Positions 27,859-37,029 are shown, counted from the stretch's first letter. The stretch is 64,000 bases of DNA from a virus (IMGVR_UViG_2731957577_000001:134000-197999); one strand, 5' to 3'. The notes: a model not told the origin generated them from the sequence alone. Numbers and translations: made by a program.

Positions 27859-28240
27859 CCAAATGACGGTGTTTGTACGGGTGCAGGCAGATGGACCGAC
27901 GGATGTTCGATACGCCTTGATCCACAAACTCGAACAGCTGATTGACTCATTGGAGTGCGCGGAAGGATATGTGTCCGGAGGCGCGATCAATGACGACTCT
28001 GGTTTCTTGGAGTATGACATTCGTTCCGTCCCGAGACTCCAAGTTGGGATGAAGGTCAAACATCGAAAACATGATTATGGGGTTGGAGAGATCACGATGG
28101 TCTCAAAGTCAGGGAGACGTTTTTATGTCCGGTGGTCACGGACCGATTACCTATTATCGGCATGGTATGAGGCGACCAATCTGGAGGTTGTCGATGAACG
28201 GAGTGGGATGGATGAAACGGCTGAAGCTGTTCTTTCATGA
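27845..28240 (+). CDS. Hypothetical protein with C-terminal SH3-like domain
   Basis: GAGGAGG SD; LQVGMKVKH...YGVGEI...VRW....Y..NL. Confidence 0.65.
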   Translation: MQATDQMTVFVRVQADGPTDVRYALIHKLEQLIDSLECAEGYVSGGAINDDSGFLEYDIRSVPRLQVGMKVKHRKHDYGVGEITMVSKSGRRFYVRWSRTDYLLSAWYEATNLEVVDERSGMDETAEAVLS

Positions 28241-28373
28241 ACTCATGGTCCGCTTCTATAGCTGGCGATTGGAAGACGACAACGACATGTTCACCCATTA
28301 TGAACTCCTGCGAAAGCACGACCATCACTTGTTACAGGCACTAAAGATCAGCAAGGAGCTTGAGGCCAAGTGA
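28212..28373 (+). CDS. Small hypothetical protein
   Basis: GTGA overlap with the next gene. Confidence 0.45.
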   Translation: MKRLKLFFHELMVRFYSWRLEDDNDMFTHYELLRKHDHHLLQALKISKELEAK

Positions 28374-28636
28374 CGCAGAACATCCCGCAGGCATGCGAAC
28401 TGTTCCAGCACTTTAAAGGCGGACTTTATACCGTCGTGGGTGTCGGCAAGCACTCAGAGACACAAGAAGATATGGTTGCGTATGTAGACGAAAACGGAGA
28501 TCTGTGGTTCCGGCCGCTCTCGATGTGGAACGACCTCGTAGAGAAAGATGGAGAGCGCGTGCCGAGATTCAAAAGTTTGGGGATGCTCCATGGAATTATT
28601 GCAGCTTTATCTGACGCAAGTGAATCTGGGAGTTGA
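28370..28636 (+). CDS. DUF1653 family protein
   Basis: HFKGGLY.V...HSET.E.MV.Y....W.RP..M. Confidence 0.88.
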   Translation: MTQNIPQACELFQHFKGGLYTVVGVGKHSETQEDMVAYVDENGDLWFRPLSMWNDLVEKDGERVPRFKSLGMLHGIIAALSDASESGS

Positions 28637-29210
28637 ACCGGCTCCCGAAAGTCATGCTCGCACACTCAGTCCCTTTGACTGGGACCCGGTTTTGTCGGCG
28701 CCTGGGCCGATTGTGACGGTGTTGGCCGAACGTCGAACCGGAAAGACAACGGCGGCGGTACGACGTGCGATCTTATCACCATACGATACGCTCATCGTCG
28801 GTCCTCGGTATGAAACGGTGCGCTATATAGCCCAGGTATTGGCTGAACAGTTGGATGAGATGGGAATCAACGCGGCGATCCAACGAACCCACGCTGGAAA
28901 TACGATCTTTATCTTGGATATGGGGCGGCAACCGGACAAACAAATTCGTGTCGCACCAATTGGGGACCGATCGGCCATGTGGTCCCTGTATGAAGAAATC
29001 ATCTTTGATGATGCCAGTTGGTATGACTCTCGGATTCCTATGGACTACATTCAGCAAAGCGTGGGCGACAGGACATTTGTCATCATGGGGTCGTTTGAAC
29101 GCGATTTTGTGCCATATCCCGCAGAACAAGGCGAAAACTTCAGGGCGTTAGTGGCCCAAGCCAATCAACACTTCCAGATGTTCTACAACGATCTTGAACC
29201 CGCTTTGTAA
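28590..29210 (+). CDS. Stand-alone terminase-like P-loop ATPase domain (starts MELLQLYL)
   Basis: Walker A AERRTGKT, Walker B-like IIFDDA. Confidence 0.65.
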   Translation: MELLQLYLTQVNLGVEPAPESHARTLSPFDWDPVLSAPGPIVTVLAERRTGKTTAAVRRAILSPYDTLIVGPRYETVRYIAQVLAEQLDEMGINAAIQRTHAGNTIFILDMGRQPDKQIRVAPIGDRSAMWSLYEEIIFDDASWYDSRIPMDYIQQSVGDRTFVIMGSFERDFVPYPAEQGENFRALVAQANQHFQMFYNDLEPAL

Positions 29211-29361
29211 TGCTTTTCATGCCATGCTATGCTTCACCTAAGCAGACCCTCTTGCTTCTGCATGTGGTCATGATAGCCTCTCTCCTCCGAAAGTGGTCTT
29301 TGTCCCAGCTCCCACGGGGCAGAGGCCACTTTCCATTTCATGAACAGGGAGGACAGGTAGA

Positions 29362-29610
29362 ATGGGAGACATTCAACACGAACCGCGCGATGTTGATGTG
29401 TCGTACCTCGATGACTTTGCGTTGCATTACATTGAAACGCATCTTCGAGCGATGGGGTACGAGGTCGAGCCGAACCTGGTCATGAACGTACTCAGGTTGG
29501 AAGCTGAAGCGTTGAATGAACTCGGCTACGAACTTGTTTTTGTAAGAAATCGAGAGAAAAACGGAGGATCTCTTCGTAATCCTTCAAACGCACCGATGAC
29601 ATCATCCTGA
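29362..29610 (+). CDS. Hypothetical protein
   Basis: GGAGG SD. Confidence 0.6.
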   Translation: MGDIQHEPRDVDVSYLDDFALHYIETHLRAMGYEVEPNLVMNVLRLEAEALNELGYELVFVRNREKNGGSLRNPSNAPMTSS

Positions 29611-29810
29611 GTGATTTCCCGATGCGAGGAACAGAATGGGGTTCCAAGACATCCGAATTGTTTGCCGGCAGGATTCCTTATACGATGGATAGAGAAAGCG
29701 CGCTTTGTTCGCACTCCCATTCGTCGACACTCGCCATTCAAGCTGTTTGCTTTTAGCTTACGGCATTCAGGCTTTGGACGTTGTGCCCGAAAACAACGTC
29801 CACCGTGCCT

Positions 29811-29885
29811 TGTGGGGTAGCTCATCGGTAGAGCGGTCGGCTGTTAACCGATTGGTCGTGGGTTCGATCCCCACCCCCACAGCCA
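29811..29885 (+). tRNA. tRNA-Asn (GTT)
   Basis: Acceptor TGTGGGG/CCCCACA, anticodon loop CT-GTT-AA, T-loop TTCGATC, encoded CCA. Confidence 0.95.
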
Positions 29886-29892
29886 CTTTCGT

Positions 29893-29968
29893 GCCAGTGT
29901 AGCTCAGTTGGGAGAGCAGCTGCCTTGTAAGTAGCGGGTCACGGGTTCAAATCCTGTCACTGGCTCCA
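29893..29968 (+). tRNA. tRNA-Thr (TGT)
   Basis: Acceptor GCCAGTG/CACTGGC, anticodon loop CT-TGT-AA, T-loop TTCAAAT, encoded CCA. Confidence 0.95.
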
Positions 29969-30194
29969 GACCCTCCTCACTGGAGGATGGTTCCACTCGA
30001 TGTGGAACGAAGTCGCTGCAAGGCCCGTCGATTTTCTCATAACGTGGAGTCTAAAAATGATGACTTAGTTCGTGCAAGGGAAGCGGACGCCAGGATTGCA
30101 GCAGCCACCAAATCAGTGTTTCTCGCACCTCTATCAGGGTTTCGGACGCTGTACTCCTAAACAGCGTCCAATTTCACAAAGGGAGCATCTTTTC

Positions 30195-30392
30195 ATGGCA
30201 AAAGTGAAGAAGGGTTTCCGAGCTGTGTTCTATGCACATGGACAGATTATGCTGTGGGGCCCAATCCGTGAGGACGAAGCCGCAGCGATTCGGGACATCT
30301 ATGAGTACCACCATGAAGCGGACCTGTGTTTGAGAGACCCATACACTCATGCCGAGGTGCATGAGGTTTGGTATCCATACTACGACGTATAG
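30195..30392 (+). CDS. Hypothetical protein
   Basis: GGGAG SD before MAKVKK. Confidence 0.55.
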   Translation: MAKVKKGFRAVFYAHGQIMLWGPIREDEAAAIRDIYEYHHEADLCLRDPYTHAEVHEVWYPYYDV

Positions 30393-30404
30393 GAGGGGCT
30401 ATCG

Positions 30405-30626
30405 ATGGAGTACGCGATTCAGGCTCTGCGTACTGAGGTCAAGATGTGCAGCCGTCGAATTGAGGAGCTGGAGCTAACCCTTCAAAGGCTTCGCAAGAAA
30501 GAAGAAGACACGTTGGCAGAGATCTGGAGGCTGAAGGCTGAAAGGCAGCAATATGCAGAAGCGATCGCTCGTCTCGAGGCTCACCGCGACGAGAATTCAA
30601 CACTCCGAGAAGGAGGAGATGCATGA
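30405..30626 (+). CDS. Small coiled-coil protein
   Basis: AGGAGG SD; heptad pattern. Confidence 0.65.
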   Translation: MEYAIQALRTEVKMCSRRIEELELTLQRLRKKEEDTLAEIWRLKAERQQYAEAIARLEAHRDENSTLREGGDA

Positions 30627-30829
30627 TGTTGGTCGAGAAGTTCATCGGAGTTGTGTATGTGCAGAGCGAAGAAGATGCGGGATTCGAGAATGCGGTTCTG
30701 GCCGAAGGCATCTTTAGCGACGAGTTCGACACCTATGAAGAAGCCGTGGCTTGGATCAACGAGGAACATGAAAAGCATGACAACTTCCTCAGCGCGGAGA
30801 TCAAGCACATCTGGGTGAGATCGGAGTAA
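30623..30829 (+). CDS. Small acidic hypothetical protein
   Basis: AAGGAGG SD; ATGA overlap. Confidence 0.65.
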   Translation: MMLVEKFIGVVYVQSEEDAGFENAVLAEGIFSDEFDTYEEAVAWINEEHEKHDNFLSAEIKHIWVRSE

Positions 30830-31275
30830 TGGATCTTCAGTTTGATAAGTCATTGCAAAACAACACGTACATCGTCACGGCGTCCACAAACAACTTTGCC
30901 CAGACGGATTTGGACTTGTTTGCGAAATTCGGGGAGCCTCAAGTCAATGTGGGCGGCCCCATCTACGATGACGAGAATGCCCTCGTTGAGGGGCTGCCCA
31001 GCCGGTGGCTGTACATCAAGTCCAACTTTCCTCTAACCGTTTCGTTCCAGAATGGAACGATGGTGTATGTGCATTACAACGGCATGCCCGACCCGAATCC
31101 GCCGATCAATGGACCAGAGCCTGTGGCCGGCACCGTGACCATTCCTCCGGATGTCGATCCAGAACGGCTCGCCAATGCGTGGATCAACACGCTCAAGTCC
31201 AACATGACCAAGGTACTGACGCAACTCAGAGCCAAGGCAGATGACTTCACCGGTCAGGATCAGATCACGATCTGA
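30829..31275 (+). CDS. Hypothetical protein
   Basis: TAATG coupling; coherent codon usage. Confidence 0.7.
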   Translation: MDLQFDKSLQNNTYIVTASTNNFAQTDLDLFAKFGEPQVNVGGPIYDDENALVEGLPSRWLYIKSNFPLTVSFQNGTMVYVHYNGMPDPNPPINGPEPVAGTVTIPPDVDPERLANAWINTLKSNMTKVLTQLRAKADDFTGQDQITI

Positions 31276-31297
31276 GATCCTGAAAGGAGGTGAGTCT

Positions 31298-31360
31298 GTG
31301 CTGACGTTGCACGTGTTTGGTCATGTCTTTGTCATCTGGCCGAACTTGAATCGGCATTGA
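31298..31360 (+). CDS. 20-aa peptide upstream of endolysin
   Basis: AAGGAGGTGA SD with GTG start; MLTLHVFGHVFVIWPNLNRH. Confidence 0.45.
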   Translation: MLTLHVFGHVFVIWPNLNRH

Positions 31361-31411
31361 CGACGCAGAAACCGTGAAATTCAGCATCCTAAGGAGAATG
31401 AGGGATCGTCT

Positions 31412-32518
31412 ATGCAGCCTCGCAATGATCAAATGGCACACATTGTAGACGCCTCAAACAACAATGGAACGATTGATTGGAAAACGGCTGTCCAGCAGAA
31501 CATCGCAGGTGCGATCTTCAAAGTGACGGAAGGCGTAACCTATCATGACCCGACCTTCCAGAGAAATCTGCAAGGGGCCTTGGATGTCGGCTTGCCGGTT
31601 GGTGGCTATTGCTTTGCACGACCCAGGACCAGCTCCGCCAACGATGAAGCGGATGAGTTCGCGCGGACGTTGGAAGCCGCCGGCGGCCACGAAAAGATCA
31701 AACCCGTCCTCGACCTTGAGGACAATGGCGGGCTGTCCCGGGAAGGCGTTGTGGAGTTTGTTCATACCTTCATGGAACGGCTGAAGGGCCACTTTGGAGA
31801 CTATGGCATGCTCTACACCTATACCGCCTTCGCTCAGGCCTATTTGGACGATTCTATGTCCAAGTATGACCTTTGGATTGCGGACTATCGAAACATCTTG
31901 GCGCCCCCGGATGTCGCTGGACATAACCGGTGGAAGATGTGGCAATTCACCAGTAAAGCCTCGATTCCCGGTTTCAGCGGCGCCGTAGACCTGAGTGTGT
32001 TCGATGGCACGGTAGAAGATTTCAGAGCGTGGTGTGGTCTAGTCGGCAAGGTTCAGACGCCGGCCCGAGCTGTCGTGACAGCGCCCTCGAGCACTCGGCC
32101 AACTCTCCGCATGGGGGACAAGGGGGCTGACGTGATCCAGCTTCAGCTGCTCCTGTATCGGATTGGACAGCATCCGGGTGCCGTGGATGGTATCTTTGGA
32201 GTGCAGACACAATCGGCCTTGAAAGCCTTCCAGGCAGCCTGCGGCATTGCCGTCGATGGGATTTGCGGCCCACAGTCTTGGTCCCATCTTCTGTCGGCAC
32301 ATCCGGCGTCTCGTCCGCTCTTGGCACTTGGGAGTCGAGGGGATCAGGTCACAGATGCCCAGTATCTGTTGGCGTACCATCACCAAAGCGTAGGCACGGT
32401 CGATGGATTGTTCGGGCCCAAGACCGATAGCGCGACTCGGAGTTTCCAGAAGGCCAACGGCCTCCAGGTGGACGGGAAGATCGGACCGCAAACCTGGAAC
32501 GCGCTGTTGAAATTGTGA
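31412..32518 (+). CDS. Endolysin: GH25 muramidase + two PG_binding_1 domains
   Basis: D.S..NG.IDW, KVTEG, LDLE, W..WQFT; DG.FG..T..A...FQ...DG..GPQTW twice. Confidence 0.93.
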   Translation: MQPRNDQMAHIVDASNNNGTIDWKTAVQQNIAGAIFKVTEGVTYHDPTFQRNLQGALDVGLPVGGYCFARPRTSSANDEADEFARTLEAAGGHEKIKPVLDLEDNGGLSREGVVEFVHTFMERLKGHFGDYGMLYTYTAFAQAYLDDSMSKYDLWIADYRNILAPPDVAGHNRWKMWQFTSKASIPGFSGAVDLSVFDGTVEDFRAWCGLVGKVQTPARAVVTAPSSTRPTLRMGDKGADVIQLQLLLYRIGQHPGAVDGIFGVQTQSALKAFQAACGIAVDGICGPQSWSHLLSAHPASRPLLALGSRGDQVTDAQYLLAYHHQSVGTVDGLFGPKTDSATRSFQKANGLQVDGKIGPQTWNALLKL

Positions 32519-32773
32519 TGATGTGGCCAAAAGGCTCTTGCAGTCGATTTTGAAATGCATTACAATACGTATAGTCATACTTGATCAATCCCTGATCAAT
32601 CCCCTTTGCATACAACACAGACAGGACCAAGTGGAATCCGGCACATCCGCTTGGTCCTGTCTACGTATTTCGACAAAAAATCCCGTTGCGGAGAAAGATT
32701 TACTCGTGGTACGATGTTAGACACGAGGATACAAGGTGCAACATTGTCAGACAGGAGCAAGAGGAGGGGGCTT

Positions 32774-33964
32774 ATGTCAAAGACTGCTGCAAAAGCCGCA
32801 TCCACGCCAAAGGCAACGACTGTTCCGTATCTGGTGGCTCCGGACATTGGATTCGGCGTGGTGAAGGTGTTGTCGAGCGCACCGAACGTACGTGATTCCT
32901 CCATTGTGATGCCGGCCACTGCGGCACCAGGCGTCCAGTCCACCAGCCGGTTGTTTAACCTCAATCACATCGACCGCAAGAAGCTAATTGTGACCACGAG
33001 CGAAGGCACCTATTTCGTCGGGGAGAACGCAAATACGAAGACCGAAGGGCGCTCGAATCGTACGCAGGAGAGCGACCGCGCCAACGACCCCATCAGCCGT
33101 ATCCTGTTTAAGACCGGCATTGCGCTTGGTGTTCCCGATGAGGAAGGCGAGTATGATGTCTTTGTCGTCACGGGTCTGCCCAATCGTGACTATGACAGTG
33201 TGGTCAAAGAGAATCTTGAGAAGTTCCTCAGCGAGCCTTACGAGATTACCTTCCATCTGGGTGGGAAGGACATCACCAAGAAGATCAATTTCGTGGGCTG
33301 TGTGATCCTGCGCCAGCCGGAAGGCTCAATTCTCAACAATACATTTTCGTTTACACCAGACTACAAAGAAACCGGATCCCTGTTGGCCTACAATCCGAGC
33401 ATCAAGGAGTTTGTCGGCATCATTGATATTGGTCATTTCACCACGGACTATGCCCTATTCCAGGATGGATTCTTGGTGCCCAGTGATAAGACCTGCGGCT
33501 CCTCGGAGGCGGCCCATCTCGTATATAGCCGCTTACGTGTCGAACTGATGTCGAAGTTCCGGAACGAGTATGGTATGCGGTATGAGCCGACCGACAAGGA
33601 TTTGGACCGCGCCGTTCGCCAGAGGAAAGTCCAGTTCAATGGTGTGGATCATGACGTGACTGCGGAAGTCGATGCTTGTGTCCAGGAAGTGGCGGCGACC
33701 ATCGCGAAGGACGTCTTTGAGGCATGGGGGCCCGAAGCGACCCGTCTCGATCAGATTCTCTTGACGGGCGGTGGCGCGCATCTGTTTGAGGAAGCGCTGG
33801 CGAATGAGTTTGCGGCCCGCAAGATCCAGCCCTTTACCATTATTCCGAACCCGCAATTTGGGAACACTGTTGGGTATTATATGTTTGGCGCGATGGAATT
33901 GGCGGGACGGTACGACATCGATCAGGTCTATCAAGAGGTTGTGGCGCACCTCTTTGCGGACTGA
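32774..33964 (+). CDS. ParM/StbA-family actin-like ATPase
   Basis: DIGFG.VK, VTGLP, QPEG, IIDIG.FTTD, LTGGGA, PQF.N..GY. Confidence 0.9.
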   Translation: MSKTAAKAASTPKATTVPYLVAPDIGFGVVKVLSSAPNVRDSSIVMPATAAPGVQSTSRLFNLNHIDRKKLIVTTSEGTYFVGENANTKTEGRSNRTQESDRANDPISRILFKTGIALGVPDEEGEYDVFVVTGLPNRDYDSVVKENLEKFLSEPYEITFHLGGKDITKKINFVGCVILRQPEGSILNNTFSFTPDYKETGSLLAYNPSIKEFVGIIDIGHFTTDYALFQDGFLVPSDKTCGSSEAAHLVYSRLRVELMSKFRNEYGMRYEPTDKDLDRAVRQRKVQFNGVDHDVTAEVDACVQEVAATIAKDVFEAWGPEATRLDQILLTGGGAHLFEEALANEFAARKIQPFTIIPNPQFGNTVGYYMFGAMELAGRYDIDQVYQEVVAHLFAD

Positions 33965-33977
33965 GGTGATGGGCTGA

Positions 33978-34154
33978 ATGGTCGACAAGATCCATGTTCG
34001 CTTGCGCGAGGAAGATACGTTACTGCGAGAACACTTCAGCAAGATCAAAAAGGGCGACCACTCTCATGAAGCCCGGCGATTGATGGAAAAAGCTCTGCTA
34101 ATCGAGAAAAAAGAGCAGGAAGCCCTCAAGCAACTGCAAGTGAAGGCCCCGTAA
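33978..34154 (+). CDS. ParR-like ribbon-helix-helix adaptor (58 aa, below ORF-track cutoff)
   Basis: GAGGTG SD; KIHVRLRE.D..L......S.EARRLM..AL directly after ParM. Confidence 0.7.
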   Translation: MVDKIHVRLREEDTLLREHFSKIKKGDHSHEARRLMEKALLIEKKEQEALKQLQVKAP

Positions 34155-34165
34155 TGGGGCCTTTT
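34143..34165 (+). terminator. Intrinsic terminator
   Basis: AAGGCCCC-GTAAT-GGGGCCTT-TT. Confidence 0.75.
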
Positions 34166-34316
34166 GTCGTATATGCTCATTGACTTTGTTCGATGGGGTC
34201 TACCGTGTCAGTGTACAATGGAATCGAAAGGGATACGCTACCCTACCTAGCACCGACTGGCCGAGAGGGGTTAAGCCGTATCCCCTCTTAATTATGGTGC
34301 CAAAAGGAGGGGCTGT

Positions 34317-35063
34317 ATGTCAGAGGGAAAGCGGACTGGGCCCAAGACTGCCGCGGGTTTGCAGGTAGCATCGCGTAACCTCGACCCGGTCGGGTGGACG
34401 CAAAACCCGGAGGCCGTTGAGGCCATCAACGTCGCGCGGCGACTTCGTCAAACCAAACATGGACTGTATGCTTCCGTGCCGATCATCTGCAAGGCTCGGG
34501 CATGTCCCTATGCGCATTCTTGTCCCCTGTTGGAAATGGACATGGCGCCGTTTGGAGAGAAGTGTCCGATTGAGATTGCCGCGATTGAAGACTTGTTTCA
34601 TCGGTACTGTAAAGAGCTTGGGATTGACCCAGACAACGAAGAAAACACCGTTGATCTCATCATGGTCAAAGAATTGGTGGACATTGATATTTCGCTGCTT
34701 CGATGTGATAACAAGATGGCCATCGACGCGGACTTCATCATTGATCAAGTCGTTGGAATGACCGAAGAAGGTCACGCCCTCACCCGACAAGAACTTCATC
34801 CTGTAGTGTCTTACAAAGAGAAACTCCTCAATCAGAAACACAAGACGCTCCAACTCTTGAACTCCACACGAAAAGACAAGCAGGGGAGTAGGGTCACACA
34901 CGTTCTCGATGCTTCGGAGCGGGCGGCGGAACTCTTGCGGGTCAAAAACGATATGCAGTCCCTCGAAGAAAACGAGAAAGAGGCGGAGCAAACCTTTTAT
35001 GCGAAGTTTAAGGGCAAGGTGATTGACGTCGAACCCATTGGGTTTGAGGAACAAGATTCATGA
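34317..35063 (+). CDS. Probable terminase small subunit
   Basis: TGPKT..G and KHGLYA motifs, Cys cluster; first gene of the virion module. Confidence 0.55.
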   Translation: MSEGKRTGPKTAAGLQVASRNLDPVGWTQNPEAVEAINVARRLRQTKHGLYASVPIICKARACPYAHSCPLLEMDMAPFGEKCPIEIAAIEDLFHRYCKELGIDPDNEENTVDLIMVKELVDIDISLLRCDNKMAIDADFIIDQVVGMTEEGHALTRQELHPVVSYKEKLLNQKHKTLQLLNSTRKDKQGSRVTHVLDASERAAELLRVKNDMQSLEENEKEAEQTFYAKFKGKVIDVEPIGFEEQDS

Positions 35064-35069
35064 AGGAGG

Positions 35070-35366
35070 ATGATGGCAATGCCGGGGGTGCTCAATAAAA
35101 TCACTGGGATTGCAACCCGTCCAAAGGCTTATCTCCAAGATACTTACCGTGATGTTGTGAGAGGGTTGCAATCAAAGCAATTGCCATTCTACTATGGCAC
35201 TCTCAACAATGAAGCTCGCGTGAAAGCTCTAAGTGGAAATTACACATTCCGTATGAGAGATCTCGATTCTGGGCGTGTCAGCGTGCTGGCAGGCACTGCC
35301 CTTGGAGCTGGCTATCTTGGCTATCGGATTGTTCGACCAAATGGGCAGTCTGATGTGTATATCTAA
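35070..35366 (+). CDS. Small protein with glycine-rich TM segment
   Basis: AAGGAGG SD; AGTALGAGYLGY. Confidence 0.65.
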   Translation: MMAMPGVLNKITGIATRPKAYLQDTYRDVVRGLQSKQLPFYYGTLNNEARVKALSGNYTFRMRDLDSGRVSVLAGTALGAGYLGYRIVRPNGQSDVYI

Positions 35367-35386
35367 TCCGATGGGAGTGACGAGAG

Positions 35387-35755
35387 ATGCCATCCATGTC
35401 AGGAGCAGCACGGTGGTTAATCAAGCACTCGATCAAGAAAACGGGCGTCCGGAACTTTGATAACTTCTTCTCCGGCTATGAGTATACCAAGCCAGCGAAG
35501 ATCATTGGAGGCAGCGTCCTGGGGCTAGGCGTCGCGACCTATGAAGTGCTGACCAATCATCAACGGCCGATGGATGAGTACGCTCGTGCCACCGTGAATC
35601 CGGACATTGAGTCATTGCCCTTATCACGAGCCGATCAACTTGGGTATCAGGCTCCAGTTCCGCGCGCTCGGCCAAACGCACAACCTGAGTTCACATCGAC
35701 CGGTGATTTGGTCTTTGCATTGCATAACACGAGATACGGAGGATACTTAGGATGA
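35387..35755 (+). CDS. Protein with a single glycine-rich TM segment
   Basis: IIGGSVLGLGVATY; in operon. Confidence 0.65.
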   Translation: MPSMSGAARWLIKHSIKKTGVRNFDNFFSGYEYTKPAKIIGGSVLGLGVATYEVLTNHQRPMDEYARATVNPDIESLPLSRADQLGYQAPVPRARPNAQPEFTSTGDLVFALHNTRYGGYLG

Positions 35756-36216
35756 CCGTGGCATACACCGGAAAGTATATCGGCAACCCAAACGCATCCT
35801 ATGAGACGGATGTTACCCCCAAAAATGCGGCCGGCAGACTGAGTCGGATATGGAAGAACACGAGTTTTCCGCTCTTTACTGGCCTCGGAACAGCCGTTGG
35901 CATGGCCAGCGGTGAGAGCCTTCCGGTTGCGCTTGGCAAGTCTGTGATGGAGAACGCCTTGTGGTCTTTGGTTCCTGGCGGATTTGCCACGATGCTGGGT
36001 GTAACGGCAGCGCAGATGCTCCCTGAGATTATGAACGCGACCACAATGGCTGAGTCAAGGCTCGGGCAACGGAGTGCCATGTTTGGTGCCGGTTACATCG
36101 ATACGGAAGCGGCCGCTTCGCTTCGGCAAACCACATTGAACCAGATGATGCAGGCTCGACAAAATGCGTCTCTGGCCGTGATGGGACATGCCCGAAATGC
36201 CGCGAAGGCCTATTAA
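35752..36216 (+). CDS. Gly/Ala-rich membrane-associated protein
   Basis: ATGA overlap; hydrophobic G/A-rich segments. Confidence 0.7.
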   Translation: MTVAYTGKYIGNPNASYETDVTPKNAAGRLSRIWKNTSFPLFTGLGTAVGMASGESLPVALGKSVMENALWSLVPGGFATMLGVTAAQMLPEIMNATTMAESRLGQRSAMFGAGYIDTEAAASLRQTTLNQMMQARQNASLAVMGHARNAAKAY

Positions 36217-36234
36217 GAAAGCGGGTGAAAAATA

Positions 36235-37029
36235 GTGAACGAGTCCTATTTGGATACGTATGACGACCTCTATGACGGCAACAATCAAAACGATGGAGGC
36301 TCCATAGTCAAAAACTTGGCTGTTGGGACGGGTATTGATTTCGGTGAAACGGTGGCCGAAGAAGGCATCCTCTTGGGTGGGGTCGGCTACGTGCTCCCAA
36401 AGGTGCTGAAGAACGGTCCAAACATTGCAACCCAAGCGGCCAAGTACATGTTTCGAGAAGGCCATATAGACCCGGATAAAAACAGACCGAGCCTCAAGGC
36501 GATCGGGAAAAACTATGGTGCCATGGTTCTGGCCGGCGGCTTGATGATGGGACTGGGTCTTGAATTCCTAAAGTCCAACAGGCCGTACAATCCCATCAAT
36601 AGCAATGAACCCGCCACTGGGTACAACATTGCGACCGGCGCGGCAGGTGGCGCCATTTTAGGAGCGTCAGCTGGGCTTCATCTGGCCGGTGCGATGCATC
36701 TAGCGCCGAAGTGGGTACGTGGTTTCGCAGACAGCGACCTTTCTAAGGGATTTGTCAGCGATGCAAGAAGACAAGCCATCATTGACGATGAAACCGGCAC
36801 TGAGGCCATTCGAGCGATGAAGGAATATCGGGATCGCTTACCGGGATTCCGTAGCCAAGTAGGCAAGGCAGTAACGGGAGTCGCGGATAAGGCCTTGGGC
36901 AAATTATACAATCTCAGCCCGCCTGGAAGCGGCAAGTTCTCAAAGCGAAACGTCGTCACAATGGCCGGAAGTATCCTGCTTGGGGCAGCGGTCGGAGCTG
37001 GATATAAAGCCGCTGCCAATTCAGATTAG
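36235..37029 (+). CDS. Multi glycine-zipper membrane protein
   Basis: GAAGGAILGASAG, GSILLGAAVGAG. Confidence 0.7.
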   Translation: MNESYLDTYDDLYDGNNQNDGGSIVKNLAVGTGIDFGETVAEEGILLGGVGYVLPKVLKNGPNIATQAAKYMFREGHIDPDKNRPSLKAIGKNYGAMVLAGGLMMGLGLEFLKSNRPYNPINSNEPATGYNIATGAAGGAILGASAGLHLAGAMHLAPKWVRGFADSDLSKGFVSDARRQAIIDDETGTEAIRAMKEYRDRLPGFRSQVGKAVTGVADKALGKLYNLSPPGSGKFSKRNVVTMAGSILLGAAVGAGYKAAANSD

